Shown: piece by piece, positions 47,542 through 57,423 of the stretch | How positions within the stretch are numbered: the first letter of the stretch is position 1 | Layout of the letters: each line of letters starts with the position of its first letter | Assembly (NCBI GenBank): GCA_965227295.1 | Contig: OZ245742.1 | Coordinates: 1,344,001-1,408,000, forward strand | Source of the DNA: Leptonemataceae bacterium | Lineage (GTDB): Bacteria; Spirochaetota; Leptospiria; Leptospirales; Leptonemataceae | Direction of reading: 5' to 3' | Length of the DNA stretch: 64,000 nucleotides | Position numbers and translations under genes: made by a program | The notes under the pieces: model-generated | What the model saw: the letters and a program-made list of their open reading frames with translations, nothing else | What the model was told of the DNA's origin: nothing | The model's database searches: none

Positions 47542-47710
47542 TGAGCACCGCCGCTCCATCGGGCTGCTCCGGGCTCGCTGAGCGCTCGTCCCTCCGTTCG
47601 CTTCGCTCACTACGGAATTGCGCTGCGCGCAACCCTGCACAGATGCGACCGCCGAATTGGCGGTCGCTTACAGATTCCCTGGTTGCTGCGCAACCAGCCT
47701 GGCGCGAAGA
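47542..47710 (+). repeat. multi-hairpin palindromic element, copy 3 (with extra hairpins)
   Basis: core GCTGCTCCGGGCTC, TTGCGCTGCGCGCAA, end CCTGGCGCGAAGA. Confidence 0.75.
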
Positions 47711-47754
47711 GCCGAACCCGCAGGCCACTCTCTGTTTCTGCCGATAATCAAAAC

Positions 47755-48672
47755 GTGGACACCCTGCGTCTCTGGATCGTCATCGGCACCGGCCTGTTCG
47801 TAACACTTTTCTGGGACGCGGGCATCCTGTTGCCGGTGAAGTTGCTCGTGGTCCTCGTCCACGAATGCTGGCACGGCCTGGTCGCCCTGTTTTCCGGCGC
47901 GGTTCTCGATCAGATCGCCGTGAACTTTCAGGAATCCGGAGAGACAGTGGTTTCGCAGCTCTACTCGACGCCCGGTTTCGTGCTCTCAGTTTCAGCGGGA
48001 TACGCCGGCACCGCGCTCACCGGCGCGCTTTTGCTCTCGCGCGGGCTCGCCGGTAGACTCGAACGCACGGCATTGTTTGTCTTCGCCGGCATGCTGGGAT
48101 ACATGAGTTACCTGTTCACGGAGGTCGGATCGCTGGCTTTCTTTACGGGCCTGGGCTGGGCCGCCGGGCTCGCCGCGCTGGGCAGCTTCGGCCGTACGGG
48201 CGCGCGCTTTACGTTGCTCATCTTCGGTACGTTGTTTTTGTTCTATTGTTTCTACGATCTCTACGACTTTCCCCGCGATTTGAACGCCACCGACGCCGGC
48301 ATTCTGGCAAAGTACATTCGCGCGAATGATTGGACATACCTCGGTGATTGGCATGAGACTGACCTGGCCGTGGCGATTTCCATCGTCTGGTCGGTGTTGA
48401 TGCTGACGATTCTCGGTCTGGTGCTCGCACCGGTGTTCCAGGAGATGGTCTCGGCAACGCCGGTGCCGCCGGTGCCGCCGGCGCCCGCGCCGGAAGAGCC
48501 GCCGGCCGGCACGTTCCCGGGCGAAATGACACCGGACGTCCAGGAATGGCTGCTCTTCAACGGTTTTGGGGTGGACGGGCGGCCCCTGCCTCCGGAACTG
48601 TTAGACGAATCCTCGTTTGCCGCCATGCAGCCGCCGGGAAAATCCTCCGGCACCCCGGGCGACGACGCTTAA
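47755..48672 (+). CDS. M50B-like membrane metallopeptidase
   Basis: 'VHECWH' HExxH, 'SAGY.G', 'TDA..LA'. Confidence 0.88.
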   Translation: MDTLRLWIVIGTGLFVTLFWDAGILLPVKLLVVLVHECWHGLVALFSGAVLDQIAVNFQESGETVVSQLYSTPGFVLSVSAGYAGTALTGALLLSRGLAGRLERTALFVFAGMLGYMSYLFTEVGSLAFFTGLGWAAGLAALGSFGRTGARFTLLIFGTLFLFYCFYDLYDFPRDLNATDAGILAKYIRANDWTYLGDWHETDLAVAISIVWSVLMLTILGLVLAPVFQEMVSATPVPPVPPAPAPEEPPAGTFPGEMTPDVQEWLLFNGFGVDGRPLPPELLDESSFAAMQPPGKSSGTPGDDA

Positions 48673-48684
48673 TCACAAACTGAT

Positions 48685-49641
48685 ATGTATCAACGAAACA
48701 TCCTGGTAACCGGCGGCGCCGGTTTTATCGGCTCCCATCTCTGTCGCGAACTTTTGAAACGCGGTGACTACGTCATCTGCGTAGATAACTTTTTCACCGG
48801 CCGCCGGGACAATTTGCGCGATCTCATCGGTAATCCGAACTTCGAAATCATCCGCCACGACATCGTCGAGCCGCTCTATCTCGAAGTAGACCAGGTCTAC
48901 AACCTGGCGTGCCCGGCCTCCCCGCGTCACTATCAATACAATCCCGTGAAGACCATGAAGACCTCGGTGTTGGGCACGCTGAACATGCTGGGCCTCGCCA
49001 AGCGTGTGAAGGGTCGCATCCTCCAGGCGAGCACCTCCGAGGTCTACGGCGATCCGGAGGTGCATCCGCAATCCGAAAGCTACAACGGCAACGTGAGCGT
49101 GCGGGGCATCCGCGCGTGTTACGACGAAGGCAAACGTGCCGCGGAGACCCTCTGTTACGATTACCTGCGCATGCACGAGCTGGACATTCGCGTGGTGCGG
49201 ATCTTCAACACCTACGGTCCGAACATGGAGATCGAGGATGGGCGCGTCGTCTCTAACTTCATTGTACAGGCACTTAAGAACGAAGACATCACGGTCTACG
49301 GCGACGGCTCGCAAACGCGTTCGTTTTGTTTCGTGAGCGATCTGGTCCGTGGCATCATGGGACTCATGGACTACGACAATTCGAAGGACGACTGGCACGG
49401 TCCCATGAACCTGGGCAACGACCGTGAGTTTACGATTCTGGAACTTGCCGAAAAAGTAATCGCCACCGTGGGCAGTACGAAATCGAAGGTAGTCCATAAA
49501 GATCTACCGCAAGACGATCCCGTGCGTCGGCGTCCCGATCTTTCTGTCGCCCGGGAAAAAATCTCGTTCGAACCGACCGTCCCGTTGGAAGAGGGCCTCA
49601 AAAAAACCGTGGCTTACTTCCGCGATTTGTTGAGTCGCTGA
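48685..49641 (+). CDS. UDP-glucuronate decarboxylase (UDP-xylose synthase) family
   Basis: 'GGAGFIGSH', 'NLACPASP', '[10 protein letters not shown]', 'CYDEGKR'. Confidence 0.95.
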   Translation: MYQRNILVTGGAGFIGSHLCRELLKRGDYVICVDNFFTGRRDNLRDLIGNPNFEIIRHDIVEPLYLEVDQVYNLACPASPRHYQYNPVKTMKTSVLGTLNMLGLAKRVKGRILQASTSEVYGDPEVHPQSESYNGNVSVRGIRACYDEGKRAAETLCYDYLRMHELDIRVVRIFNTYGPNMEIEDGRVVSNFIVQALKNEDITVYGDGSQTRSFCFVSDLVRGIMGLMDYDNSKDDWHGPMNLGNDREFTILELAEKVIATVGSTKSKVVHKDLPQDDPVRRRPDLSVAREKISFEPTVPLEEGLKKTVAYFRDLLSR

Positions 49642-49642
49642 G

Positions 49643-50605
49643 ATGAACCTTCTGGTCGTGCGTCCCGGCGCGATCGGGGACGTGATTCTCACCCTGCCCG
49701 TCGTCGCGGCCCTGCGCCGCCGCCATCCCGGGGCTCGCATTACTTTCGCGGTACGATCCGACCTCCACGAACTCCTGCGTGCCTGCGGTTACGCAGACGA
49801 AACGATTTCCAGCGATGATGCGCGCTGGGCGCCGTATCATCTGAACGCCGCGAAGTTCGCGGAGCGTAAAACGGAACCTCTGCCGTACGACGCAGCTTAC
49901 GTCTGGATGAACGACGGTGCGGATTTCGCGGCGAATCTCCGGCGTGGCGGCATTGCCCGTGTGCGATGGAATCGCGCTCGTCCGGTACCCGGAAGCAGGG
50001 ATATTAACGAACACCGGCCGGCCTCCGTGTACTTTGCCGATCTGCTGCAAGAGGATGAGGGCACGGAACCGATGGACGCGACGCCCCGGCTGGCGCTGCC
50101 CGAAGAACCCCTCAGCGGGGCCCGCGAGTTACTAACTTCTCTGAATATAAATCTAAGCCGGCCGATCCTCGCCCTGATCCCCGGTGCCGGGAGTGATGAA
50201 AAGTGCGTTTCGCCGGCCGTCTTTGCGGAGCTCGCCGGGCACTGGATTTCCATCGCTCCCCGGGGAGCCGTGCTGATCATCGAGGGGCCGCGTGAGCGGG
50301 AGCAGAGCCGTCGAGAGATTTCGGCCGTGGCGGATATGGTGGACGGCTCCGTGCATCTGCTGCAACCGTCCCTGTTAGAACTCGCCGCCGTGCTTTCGCA
50401 TGTACAGGCCTGCGTGGCGAACGACAGCGGGCCCGCTCACATCGCCGCCGCTTTGCCCGGTGTGCGCACTTTCGTGCTCTTTCAGGCCGGTGAACCGCAG
50501 ATCTGGGCGCCTCTGGACTCGCAAATGATCGATTTGCGCCGGGAAGGTGCGGACGGCCTGTCGCGATTGCGTCGTATTCTCGCGGAAGTCGCCGAATTTG
50601 CTTGA
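49643..50605 (+). CDS. glycosyltransferase family 9
   Basis: 'GAIGDV', 'PGAG', 'NDSGPAHIAAA'. Confidence 0.92.
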   Translation: MNLLVVRPGAIGDVILTLPVVAALRRRHPGARITFAVRSDLHELLRACGYADETISSDDARWAPYHLNAAKFAERKTEPLPYDAAYVWMNDGADFAANLRRGGIARVRWNRARPVPGSRDINEHRPASVYFADLLQEDEGTEPMDATPRLALPEEPLSGARELLTSLNINLSRPILALIPGAGSDEKCVSPAVFAELAGHWISIAPRGAVLIIEGPREREQSRREISAVADMVDGSVHLLQPSLLELAAVLSHVQACVANDSGPAHIAAALPGVRTFVLFQAGEPQIWAPLDSQMIDLRREGADGLSRLRRILAEVAEFA

Positions 50606-50734
50606 TGGATCGCGGAGCCAGGTCAAACTAAGGTACGCGATGAAGACGCGACGTAAGTATATTCAGCGCGACCGACTTTGAGAAGAAATCACTAATCATT
50701 TATAGATAGAACTTAACGATTTTCGGAGCATCAT

Positions 50735-51013
50735 TTGCAGGTTGAGATAAAAGATCAGCGCGCCATATTTCATTTTCAGGCCCCCGCGGCCTTTGAAGTG
50801 GACGAAGCCGCCTTCGACCTTCCGCCTTCCCAGGACATCACCGAGATTGTCCTGGACTTCGAAGATGTTAAGATCGTCAGCTCGCTTGTGATTTCGAAAA
50901 TCATCGTTTTGCTGGACCGCCATCGCAAATGCGACGTGCGCTTCGAAAATCTGGGCCCGGAGCTGAAAAATCTCTTTCGCCGCGCCGGCTTCGGAGCGCA
51001 CATACGCATGTGA
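50735..51013 (+). CDS. small STAS-like protein
   Basis: 'IVLDF..V..VSS', 'L...LKNLF..AG'; TTG start uncertain. Confidence 0.65.
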   Translation: MQVEIKDQRAIFHFQAPAAFEVDEAAFDLPPSQDITEIVLDFEDVKIVSSLVISKIIVLLDRHRKCDVRFENLGPELKNLFRRAGFGAHIRM

Positions 51014-52803
51014 ACGTTTCGCGGCAACTTGCTCTGGCCGGCCTGCTCCTGTGGCAGATCGCTCTCGACTTTCTCCCGGAGCGCGGCCTCATCGGCGAGA
51101 TCGAACGCATCATTCTCTTTTCCGTTTTCGTTCTCATTCCCATGCAGTTGGACCTCAGCGTCCGGCATCCCGCCGACCGCGGCGGCCCTCAGCTCTGGTT
51201 TGCCTGGGCCCGGCGCTTGTATGTGCCGGCGGCACTGCTGCTCCTGGTCTCGCTCCAGCTCGATACGGGTGTGCCGGCACTGCTTGCAGCTTTGCCCTGG
51301 CTGTTGTTCTCACTTTGCTGCGCTCTGGCCGGTCTTCTTCGTCTGAGCGGTCGTGGGATCTACCCTGTCGCCGAAACCGCTCACGACTTCGGTTGGATCT
51401 TCTTTCCCGTGGGAGCGGTGTGGCTCGGCGCCCATCGCCTGGGCTACGAGCTCCTGGAATTCCCGGGCCTTGTTGTCCTGCTCACCGCGGCCCACTTTCA
51501 TTTCGCGGGCCTCGCCGCGCCCTGGATTGCAGGCGCGGCCGGGCGATTGATTGAGTATGATCCTAACAGTAAATCAAATGATATTAGCCGGAAATTCTAT
51601 CGGATCGCCGCGACGTTGATCGTAGTCGGGATTCCACTGACCGCGGCGGGCATTGCCGTGGCCCCGGTGCTGGAGCTGTTCGCCGCGGTCGCGTTGTCCC
51701 TTGGCCTCGCGATCCTGGCCGTGTTGTTGATCGTCCGGGTGGCCCCGCGTTCGCCCGGCAGGATGCGGGAAATCGGACTGCACTTCCCCGTCACCTGGTT
51801 GCCGGCAATATATCTGGTGCTGGCCGGGTTATGCGTTTTGTATTCCATGGTCTATGCCGTGCACTTCGCTACCGGTGAGTTCTTCGGCGTTACGAAGACT
51901 CTGGCCGGCGGCGGGCCGGCGGCGGACGTGCTTACCATGGTGCGTCGTCACGGTTGGGTGAATGCCCTCGGCTTTGCAGGCCTCGGCGTTGCGGCGATGT
52001 ATGCGCTGCAGCCGCCCTCCCGGTCTTTTCCATCGGGCCTGCCTTTCAGCCGACTCGTAAGCCGCGGTCGGGTGGGCCGGGATTTCTTCGAGCGCCACGA
52101 CCTGGTTCGCGACGATGTCGAAGTCAATCTCCGCGGCCTCACCGACGATCTTTTAAGTTACGATCGCCGGGACTTTAGCGCCGCTCGTCTACCCGCATTG
52201 CTTCGCCGCTTCTACGAGGATACGGCGAACTTTCGCATGATCGTCCGGCCGCGCTGGGTCTCCGCGTTCCGATTACCGGCGGCGCTTTACAAGGCCTGGT
52301 TCTCCGGGCGCATCGAACAAATGAACTTTCCCCTCGTGCCGGAGAGCGGCGAGGAGCGGATCACCAGCCGCATTCTTCCGCTGCGCTCCGAAGCGGACGG
52401 GCGTGAGAACGTGCGGGCCTGGGTCCGTCACTACACGGACACCGGCAAAGCCGTCTATGCGGCCGCGTACTCGCAGCATACGTATCGCGGGCGCACGTTT
52501 ATGAACATTGCGTTTCCATTGCCCGGCGGCAATCTTACAAGCGTACTGCGGCTCTACGAGTACGATCAAGAGGGAGTTCCCGCCCTCGCTCTGACGTCGC
52601 TGCCGGACGAAGCGGGCCCCGGCGACGAGGGCGTCTACTTCGTGCTGAACGCGGGCCGGCTGCAATTGCCGTTGCGTCTGCCGATCAACGAAACGATCCG
52701 TGTGTGGCAGGTCACCGGGGCGGAACGTCTGCTGGCCGAACACGACATGTGGATTTTCGGATTTCGCTGTCTCACGCTGGAGTACGAGATGGAGCCCGCC
52801 TGA
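51010..52803 (+). CDS. YndJ-like membrane domain fused to YndG-like soluble domain
   Basis: 'LTAAHFHFAG', 'HGWVNALGF', then 'FYE.T', 'RAWVR', 'NIAFPLPGGN'. Confidence 0.8.
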   Translation: MNVSRQLALAGLLLWQIALDFLPERGLIGEIERIILFSVFVLIPMQLDLSVRHPADRGGPQLWFAWARRLYVPAALLLLVSLQLDTGVPALLAALPWLLFSLCCALAGLLRLSGRGIYPVAETAHDFGWIFFPVGAVWLGAHRLGYELLEFPGLVVLLTAAHFHFAGLAAPWIAGAAGRLIEYDPNSKSNDISRKFYRIAATLIVVGIPLTAAGIAVAPVLELFAAVALSLGLAILAVLLIVRVAPRSPGRMREIGLHFPVTWLPAIYLVLAGLCVLYSMVYAVHFATGEFFGVTKTLAGGGPAADVLTMVRRHGWVNALGFAGLGVAAMYALQPPSRSFPSGLPFSRLVSRGRVGRDFFERHDLVRDDVEVNLRGLTDDLLSYDRRDFSAARLPALLRRFYEDTANFRMIVRPRWVSAFRLPAALYKAWFSGRIEQMNFPLVPESGEERITSRILPLRSEADGRENVRAWVRHYTDTGKAVYAAAYSQHTYRGRTFMNIAFPLPGGNLTSVLRLYEYDQEGVPALALTSLPDEAGPGDEGVYFVLNAGRLQLPLRLPINETIRVWQVTGAERLLAEHDMWIFGFRCLTLEYEMEPA

Positions 52804-52818
52804 GAGACGCGAGGCCGT

Positions 52819-53757
52819 TCAATCCGCAAAGGGTGAATAGTGAACGAAGCCTTCGCCGATCACACCCTGTTCCGCCAGTTCGCGCAGGCGATCTTCATCG
52901 TGGGCCGGAAGAATCAGCAACTTCGCATGCTGCCGATGTAAGTCATGCAACGTTCGAATCAATCGCGCCGCATACTCGCCGCTCACGTCGCGGCCGAAGT
53001 ACGCCAGACGATTCCGGCTGCGCCCGCTTTCGATTTGACGCATCGTTAACTGAGGCTCACCGCAGATTAGTAACTCGGAGCCGTTTCGCAAACTGACGAA
53101 CACCCACTGGGCCCCGTGCACTTCTCCCTGGACCTGGGCAAAGACGAGGCCCGGGGCCGCGCGGTGGAGTCCCGGCCGCCCGGATTCTGCCATCACCACC
53201 GGGAGCATGGCTTCGAGTACGGCCGGTGGAAACTTTGCCGCTTTGATCAGCGGGCTGCGCATTTGCCTGCGGCTGAGTTGCACGCGGTCGTGCACGGCGT
53301 AGAGATCTTCCGAACGCGACAGGCCGCCGGTATGCAATGCCCGGGCATCCGAAAAATACACCGCGTCCGATCGGAGCAGTTCATTTCTCCAGCGCGCGGC
53401 GCGATCTTCGAAGAACGTGCCGTTCGTTTCCAGGTCGGCGAACAGGCGGGCTTCGGGAGGCGCGTTTACCAGGATGTTGCGATAGATGTTGTCGCCCGCG
53501 GCGTACTCGTACGCGATTTGAAACGAAACGTACGCGCCGGCCTCGCCCGTGGCAACGGTGAGGAACCGCAACTGCGACGGAAGTTCGTCCGGCTCCGCGG
53601 CTGCGGCGGACCGCATGGCTTCGAGACCGGGATGTTCCAGGCCGCTTTCCGGTACGGGAAGCGGAACAAGAAGATAACGGCGATGAAAAGCCGTCGCCCC
53701 GCTCAGTACGGCCGCGATCGCGAGTACTACGATCAGCCGGTCAAGGACCGCGTTCAT
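52819..53757 (-). CDS. membrane-anchored degenerate MBL-fold protein
   Basis: N-terminal TM; 'LHTGGL', 'ILPAHD' resemble MBL motifs with missing ligands. Confidence 0.5.
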   Translation of the reverse strand: MNAVLDRLIVVLAIAAVLSGATAFHRRYLLVPLPVPESGLEHPGLEAMRSAAAAEPDELPSQLRFLTVATGEAGAYVSFQIAYEYAAGDNIYRNILVNAPPEARLFADLETNGTFFEDRAARWRNELLRSDAVYFSDARALHTGGLSRSEDLYAVHDRVQLSRRQMRSPLIKAAKFPPAVLEAMLPVVMAESGRPGLHRAAPGLVFAQVQGEVHGAQWVFVSLRNGSELLICGEPQLTMRQIESGRSRNRLAYFGRDVSGEYAARLIRTLHDLHRQHAKLLILPAHDEDRLRELAEQGVIGEGFVHYSPFAD

Positions 53758-55169
53758 TGTTCTAAAAGTTCACCGGCCCGGCGGCTGAGATGTTTCAACT
53801 CCCGGGCGTCCTGAGCCTGGGCGATCAGGCGCAGGATGGGTTCGGTGTTGCTTGCGCGCACGTGCATCCAGGCCGCCCCATCTTGCAGAACGAAGTGCAG
53901 TCCGTCGCGCCGGTCGATGACGGCGGGCACGAACCCTTTTTCGAGGCGACTGAGAACATCGTCCAGGGAGCGTTCGAGGCTGAACTTCGTCTTCAACATA
54001 TGCAGCGCGGGGAGGGTGGCCAGCAAATCGTCGAGGTTCTTTGCGTTGCGGTCCGCCATGGCTGCTAAGATCAGTCCCGCGCCGATTAAGGAGTCCCGCC
54101 CGAAAGACGGCACACCGGGATGGATGACGCCCCCGTTGCCTTCGCCGCCGAAGACGGCTTTGTGTTTTTGCATCATGGCCACGACGTTGGCCTCACCCAC
54201 CGGCGCGCGCATCACCCGCAGGCCGAGTTGATCCGCCGCGGCGTCGATCATCGTGGACGTCGAAAGATTCACGACGACCACCGAGTTCTTTTTAAGTTTC
54301 GTCTTTACCGCGAGACCGAAGAGGGCCAGGGGCAGCGTGTACTCCTCGTGCACCGCGCCCCGGCCGGGACTGCCGGTGACCAGGCGATCGGCGTCCGGAT
54401 CGAGGGCGAAGCCGGCGGCGGCCTTCTCGGACTGAACCAGGTGACCGAATTCCTTCAGGGCCGCGGGTGTGGGCTCCGGCGGTCGCGGGAACGTTCCCCC
54501 GGGTACGGCATCGCAATAGAGCCGGGTGACCTTACAACCGAGTTCTTCCAGCAACGCCGGCAGGGCTTCGCGTCCTGCCCCGCCCGCCGCATCCACCACC
54601 ACACGAAACTTGCGTTTGCGAATCGCCGCGACGTTCGGCAGGGCCTTGATGACGGCCTGGATGTGATCGGCGCTGCCGTCGACGTTGCGCACGGTGCCGA
54701 ATTTCTTAACATCCGCTGTGTTATAGTTACCGGCGCGGATTGCGGCGAGTAATGCGTCGTTTTCTTTTTTGCCGAAGAAGAAGCCGCCTTTGCGCAGAAA
54801 CTTAAAGCCGTTCCATGCAATGGGGTTGTGCGAGGCCGAAACGACCACCCCGGCATCGCCGTGCAGGGCGACGGCGGCTTTCACCGTCGGCGTAGGAGCG
54901 AGGCCGATGTCGAGGACGTCCTTGCCCGCGGCGAGCAACGCGCCGGTAAAGATCTGCTGCAACGCCGGTCCGGTGGGCCGTGAATCACGCCCGATGACCA
55001 CGGTCTTGCCTTTGACGCTCGCGGCGAAAGCCCTGGCAAATTCGAGGGTGTTGTGAGGATCGAGGCCCGCGGGAATTGTCCCGCGGACGCCCGACACGGA
55101 GACGATCAGGTCTTTGCCGCGCTGGATGGGATCTTGCATGTAAGTTGTAGTACCTGTATGGGACGTCAC
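53754..55169 (-). CDS. phosphoglucosamine mutase/phosphomannomutase family
   Basis: 'SVSGVRG', 'SASHNP', 'DPDADR', 'GGEGNGG', 'RASNTEP'. Confidence 0.93.
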   Translation of the reverse strand: MTSHTGTTTYMQDPIQRGKDLIVSVSGVRGTIPAGLDPHNTLEFARAFAASVKGKTVVIGRDSRPTGPALQQIFTGALLAAGKDVLDIGLAPTPTVKAAVALHGDAGVVVSASHNPIAWNGFKFLRKGGFFFGKKENDALLAAIRAGNYNTADVKKFGTVRNVDGSADHIQAVIKALPNVAAIRKRKFRVVVDAAGGAGREALPALLEELGCKVTRLYCDAVPGGTFPRPPEPTPAALKEFGHLVQSEKAAAGFALDPDADRLVTGSPGRGAVHEEYTLPLALFGLAVKTKLKKNSVVVVNLSTSTMIDAAADQLGLRVMRAPVGEANVVAMMQKHKAVFGGEGNGGVIHPGVPSFGRDSLIGAGLILAAMADRNAKNLDDLLATLPALHMLKTKFSLERSLDDVLSRLEKGFVPAVIDRRDGLHFVLQDGAAWMHVRASNTEPILRLIAQAQDARELKHLSRRAGELLEQ

Positions 55170-55702
55170 TGGATCGAATATGTCGCCGTGACGATGAGCT
55201 GCTGGTCTTCCTCGATGACGTAGTCCAGACGGGACTGTCCTTCGTAGACGATGCGTGGAAGACCGAGGCCGCTTTCTTTGCTGTGTGGGTCGCGGTCTGC
55301 AACTTCAAGCATCTTTTGGATGTAGGCCTCGCGCGGGTCGCCGTGTTCCTGCAACCAGTCGAGGGTCTGCCGAAAACGTTGCAGGTGTTTGTTGTCGCCG
55401 GATGGCAGAGGGCAGGTTACAATCACCAGGATTTCGTGGGGATAGACATCCAGCGTTACTTCAATGCGTCCGAAGCCGCCCGTCGGATAGAAGCCGTACT
55501 TCACGGCGTTTTCACAGAGTTCGCTGGCCACCATGCCCAGGGATTGCACGGTCTCTTCCGGATGGCCCTGGCGGGTAAGGAAGTCCATGACCCGGCCGCG
55601 AACCAGTTCCACTTCTTCCCAGCGCGGGGGGATGCAAAGATTCAGAGTCTCAGGATGCGAGGAGGAGCCGGGCGTGGTGGGCTGTTGCATGGGTTTCTTC
55701 AC
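55166..55702 (-). CDS. HATPase_c_2 anti-sigma/Ser kinase-like ATP-binding protein
   Basis: 'ELCENAVKYG', 'SGLGL'. Confidence 0.85.
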   Translation of the reverse strand: MKKPMQQPTTPGSSSHPETLNLCIPPRWEEVELVRGRVMDFLTRQGHPEETVQSLGMVASELCENAVKYGFYPTGGFGRIEVTLDVYPHEILVIVTCPLPSGDNKHLQRFRQTLDWLQEHGDPREAYIQKMLEVADRDPHSKESGLGLPRIVYEGQSRLDYVIEEDQQLIVTATYSIQ

Positions 55703-55884
55703 GGCGGCTCAAGGTGGGCTGTCAAAGCTATGGATTCGTATGAAAACGCAGATAATTCGAGTAATACAGCTTCCTTTCGTGCGTACGTAAAGAAAGATTT
55801 GGACCTGTCCTGGATTTTACTCGACCGATCGGCCGTGCTAAAAATCCTGTGCATTCGCCGTTTTTACCGGTTCCGGTAATTTCT

Positions 55885-55968
55885 GCGCGGATGGTGGAAT
55901 TGGTAGACACGCTAGCTTGAGGGGCTAGTGGCAGCAATGCTGTGGGGGTTCAAGTCCCCCTCCGCGCA
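55885..55968 (+). tRNA. tRNA-Leu (GAG), CCA not encoded
   Basis: acceptor GCGCGGA/TCCGCGC, D-loop TGGTAGA, anticodon stem CTAGC/GCTAG with GAG, long variable arm, TTCAAGT T-loop. Confidence 0.96.
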
Positions 55969-55977
55969 CAGATCTCC

Positions 55978-57375
55978 ATGCAGGCGAACCCTCGCGTATT
56001 CCGTATTGTCGAGGCTGGTGAGCGCCTCGTCGTAGATCTTCCCCTGGCCCGCAATCCCGAGGCCTTTCGAAAACATACCGGAGTGCTTCCGGACTCTCTC
56101 CGATACGAACTCGGCTTCCTGCGGCAGGGTGTGCTGAGCGTTGTGCTCGCAGGCGATGTCGTGGACTGTGGCTTCACCGCGGATCTCCGGGATCGCGAGG
56201 GCGGCGTCTACCTGGTTTCGATGATCGGGCAAACCACAGGTGGCGAAGATGTCCTCTTCTGGAAACAACACGTCTTCATCCAGCCGCGGCTCCGGCGTTC
56301 GGCCGAACACATTCACGAACTCGCGATCCGTCACGCGCCGGCTTTTCTGTTCAGTCGCGGCGAAGAGTACTTCCCGCTTTCGCTAAGTTATCTTCTGGAG
56401 AATCCCGTACTGACGGCGGAAGGCGCCGGGGAACAGGGCGTCGATACGCCGCGCGGCCGGCTCAAAGTTCCCGCCGCTGAACTGGCAGAGTTCCTGCGGT
56501 ACAACGGCCACGCGGACTATTTGTTAAACCAATCCTTCTTAAGTTTTGATGAAAGCGTGTTTAGAGAAATCCGCGGCAGCTTTCGGCGATCGGTCATTTA
56601 CTACTCGTACCTCGAAGACCGCGACAACGATCGCTTTTACATCAACTATCACACCTTCTACGCCTACGATCCCAAGACGGGCATCGCGAAGATGCTGAAC
56701 ATCGGTCCCCACGTCTTCGATCGCGAGAGCATGACCATCGCCTTCAACGGCGACGAAGAACCCATGGACCTCATTCTCTCCGGGCACCTCGAAAATCAGC
56801 CGATCCTCTTTCTCGACAAACTCAAGATCTGGAACACGGCCCGGGTGCGAGTGAAATTCGCCGATCGTCATACCCCGATGGTGCACGGCCATCCCATCGT
56901 GCCGGTGGCCGAGGGATCTCACGCCCTCTATCCGTCCGCCGGCATGTACCACATTTCAGTACTCACGGAGATTGCCGGCCACATCTTTCGCCGGATTTTG
57001 AAAATCGACAACGAGACCGACGACAGCGAAGAGCCGCCGGGCATGGCCGAACATCAGGTGTTGCTGCCGCCGACATTGACCTCGGAACGTTTCGCGAACT
57101 ACGAACTGCGGCCGCTGCGCCTGGATCTTTTGCGCAGCGATCCGTTGCCGGTGTCGGAGTTGTATGACCCGGCCACGGCGGTGCTTGTATTCAGCGGTTA
57201 CTGGGTGGATGTGCCCGGTCTGCGAAACGAAAGATTTCCTCCGTTCTCCCGGCGTGAACAGGACATCGAAGACTGGGTGGACGGCGCATACAACTGGGAA
57301 TGGAAAGACCTGCCTGCCAATGTAAAAGAGCACAACCAGGCGATCGCCGATTACATTGCCGGCAGCCTGGATTAG
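55978..57375 (+). CDS. hypothetical protein with Vps62/NPP1-like motifs
   Basis: 'E.YFP', 'Y.TFYAYD', 'GPHVFDRE', 'SGH', 'GSHALY'. Confidence 0.6.
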   Translation: MQANPRVFRIVEAGERLVVDLPLARNPEAFRKHTGVLPDSLRYELGFLRQGVLSVVLAGDVVDCGFTADLRDREGGVYLVSMIGQTTGGEDVLFWKQHVFIQPRLRRSAEHIHELAIRHAPAFLFSRGEEYFPLSLSYLLENPVLTAEGAGEQGVDTPRGRLKVPAAELAEFLRYNGHADYLLNQSFLSFDESVFREIRGSFRRSVIYYSYLEDRDNDRFYINYHTFYAYDPKTGIAKMLNIGPHVFDRESMTIAFNGDEEPMDLILSGHLENQPILFLDKLKIWNTARVRVKFADRHTPMVHGHPIVPVAEGSHALYPSAGMYHISVLTEIAGHIFRRILKIDNETDDSEEPPGMAEHQVLLPPTLTSERFANYELRPLRLDLLRSDPLPVSELYDPATAVLVFSGYWVDVPGLRNERFPPFSRREQDIEDWVDGAYNWEWKDLPANVKEHNQAIADYIAGSLD

Positions 57376-57423
57376 GCTGCACGGCGCAAACAGCGGGCAA
57401 GTGTATTTCAATATCCTTGCAAA

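Noticed and set aside
24308-47710. Palindromic repeats as a CRISPR array
   Set aside because: Copies are dispersed, over 120 nt and divergent, with no spacer periodicity and no cas genes
55885-55968. tRNA-Leu as integration site of an island
   Set aside because: No integrase and no duplicated tRNA 3' end noticed; flanking genes look chromosomal
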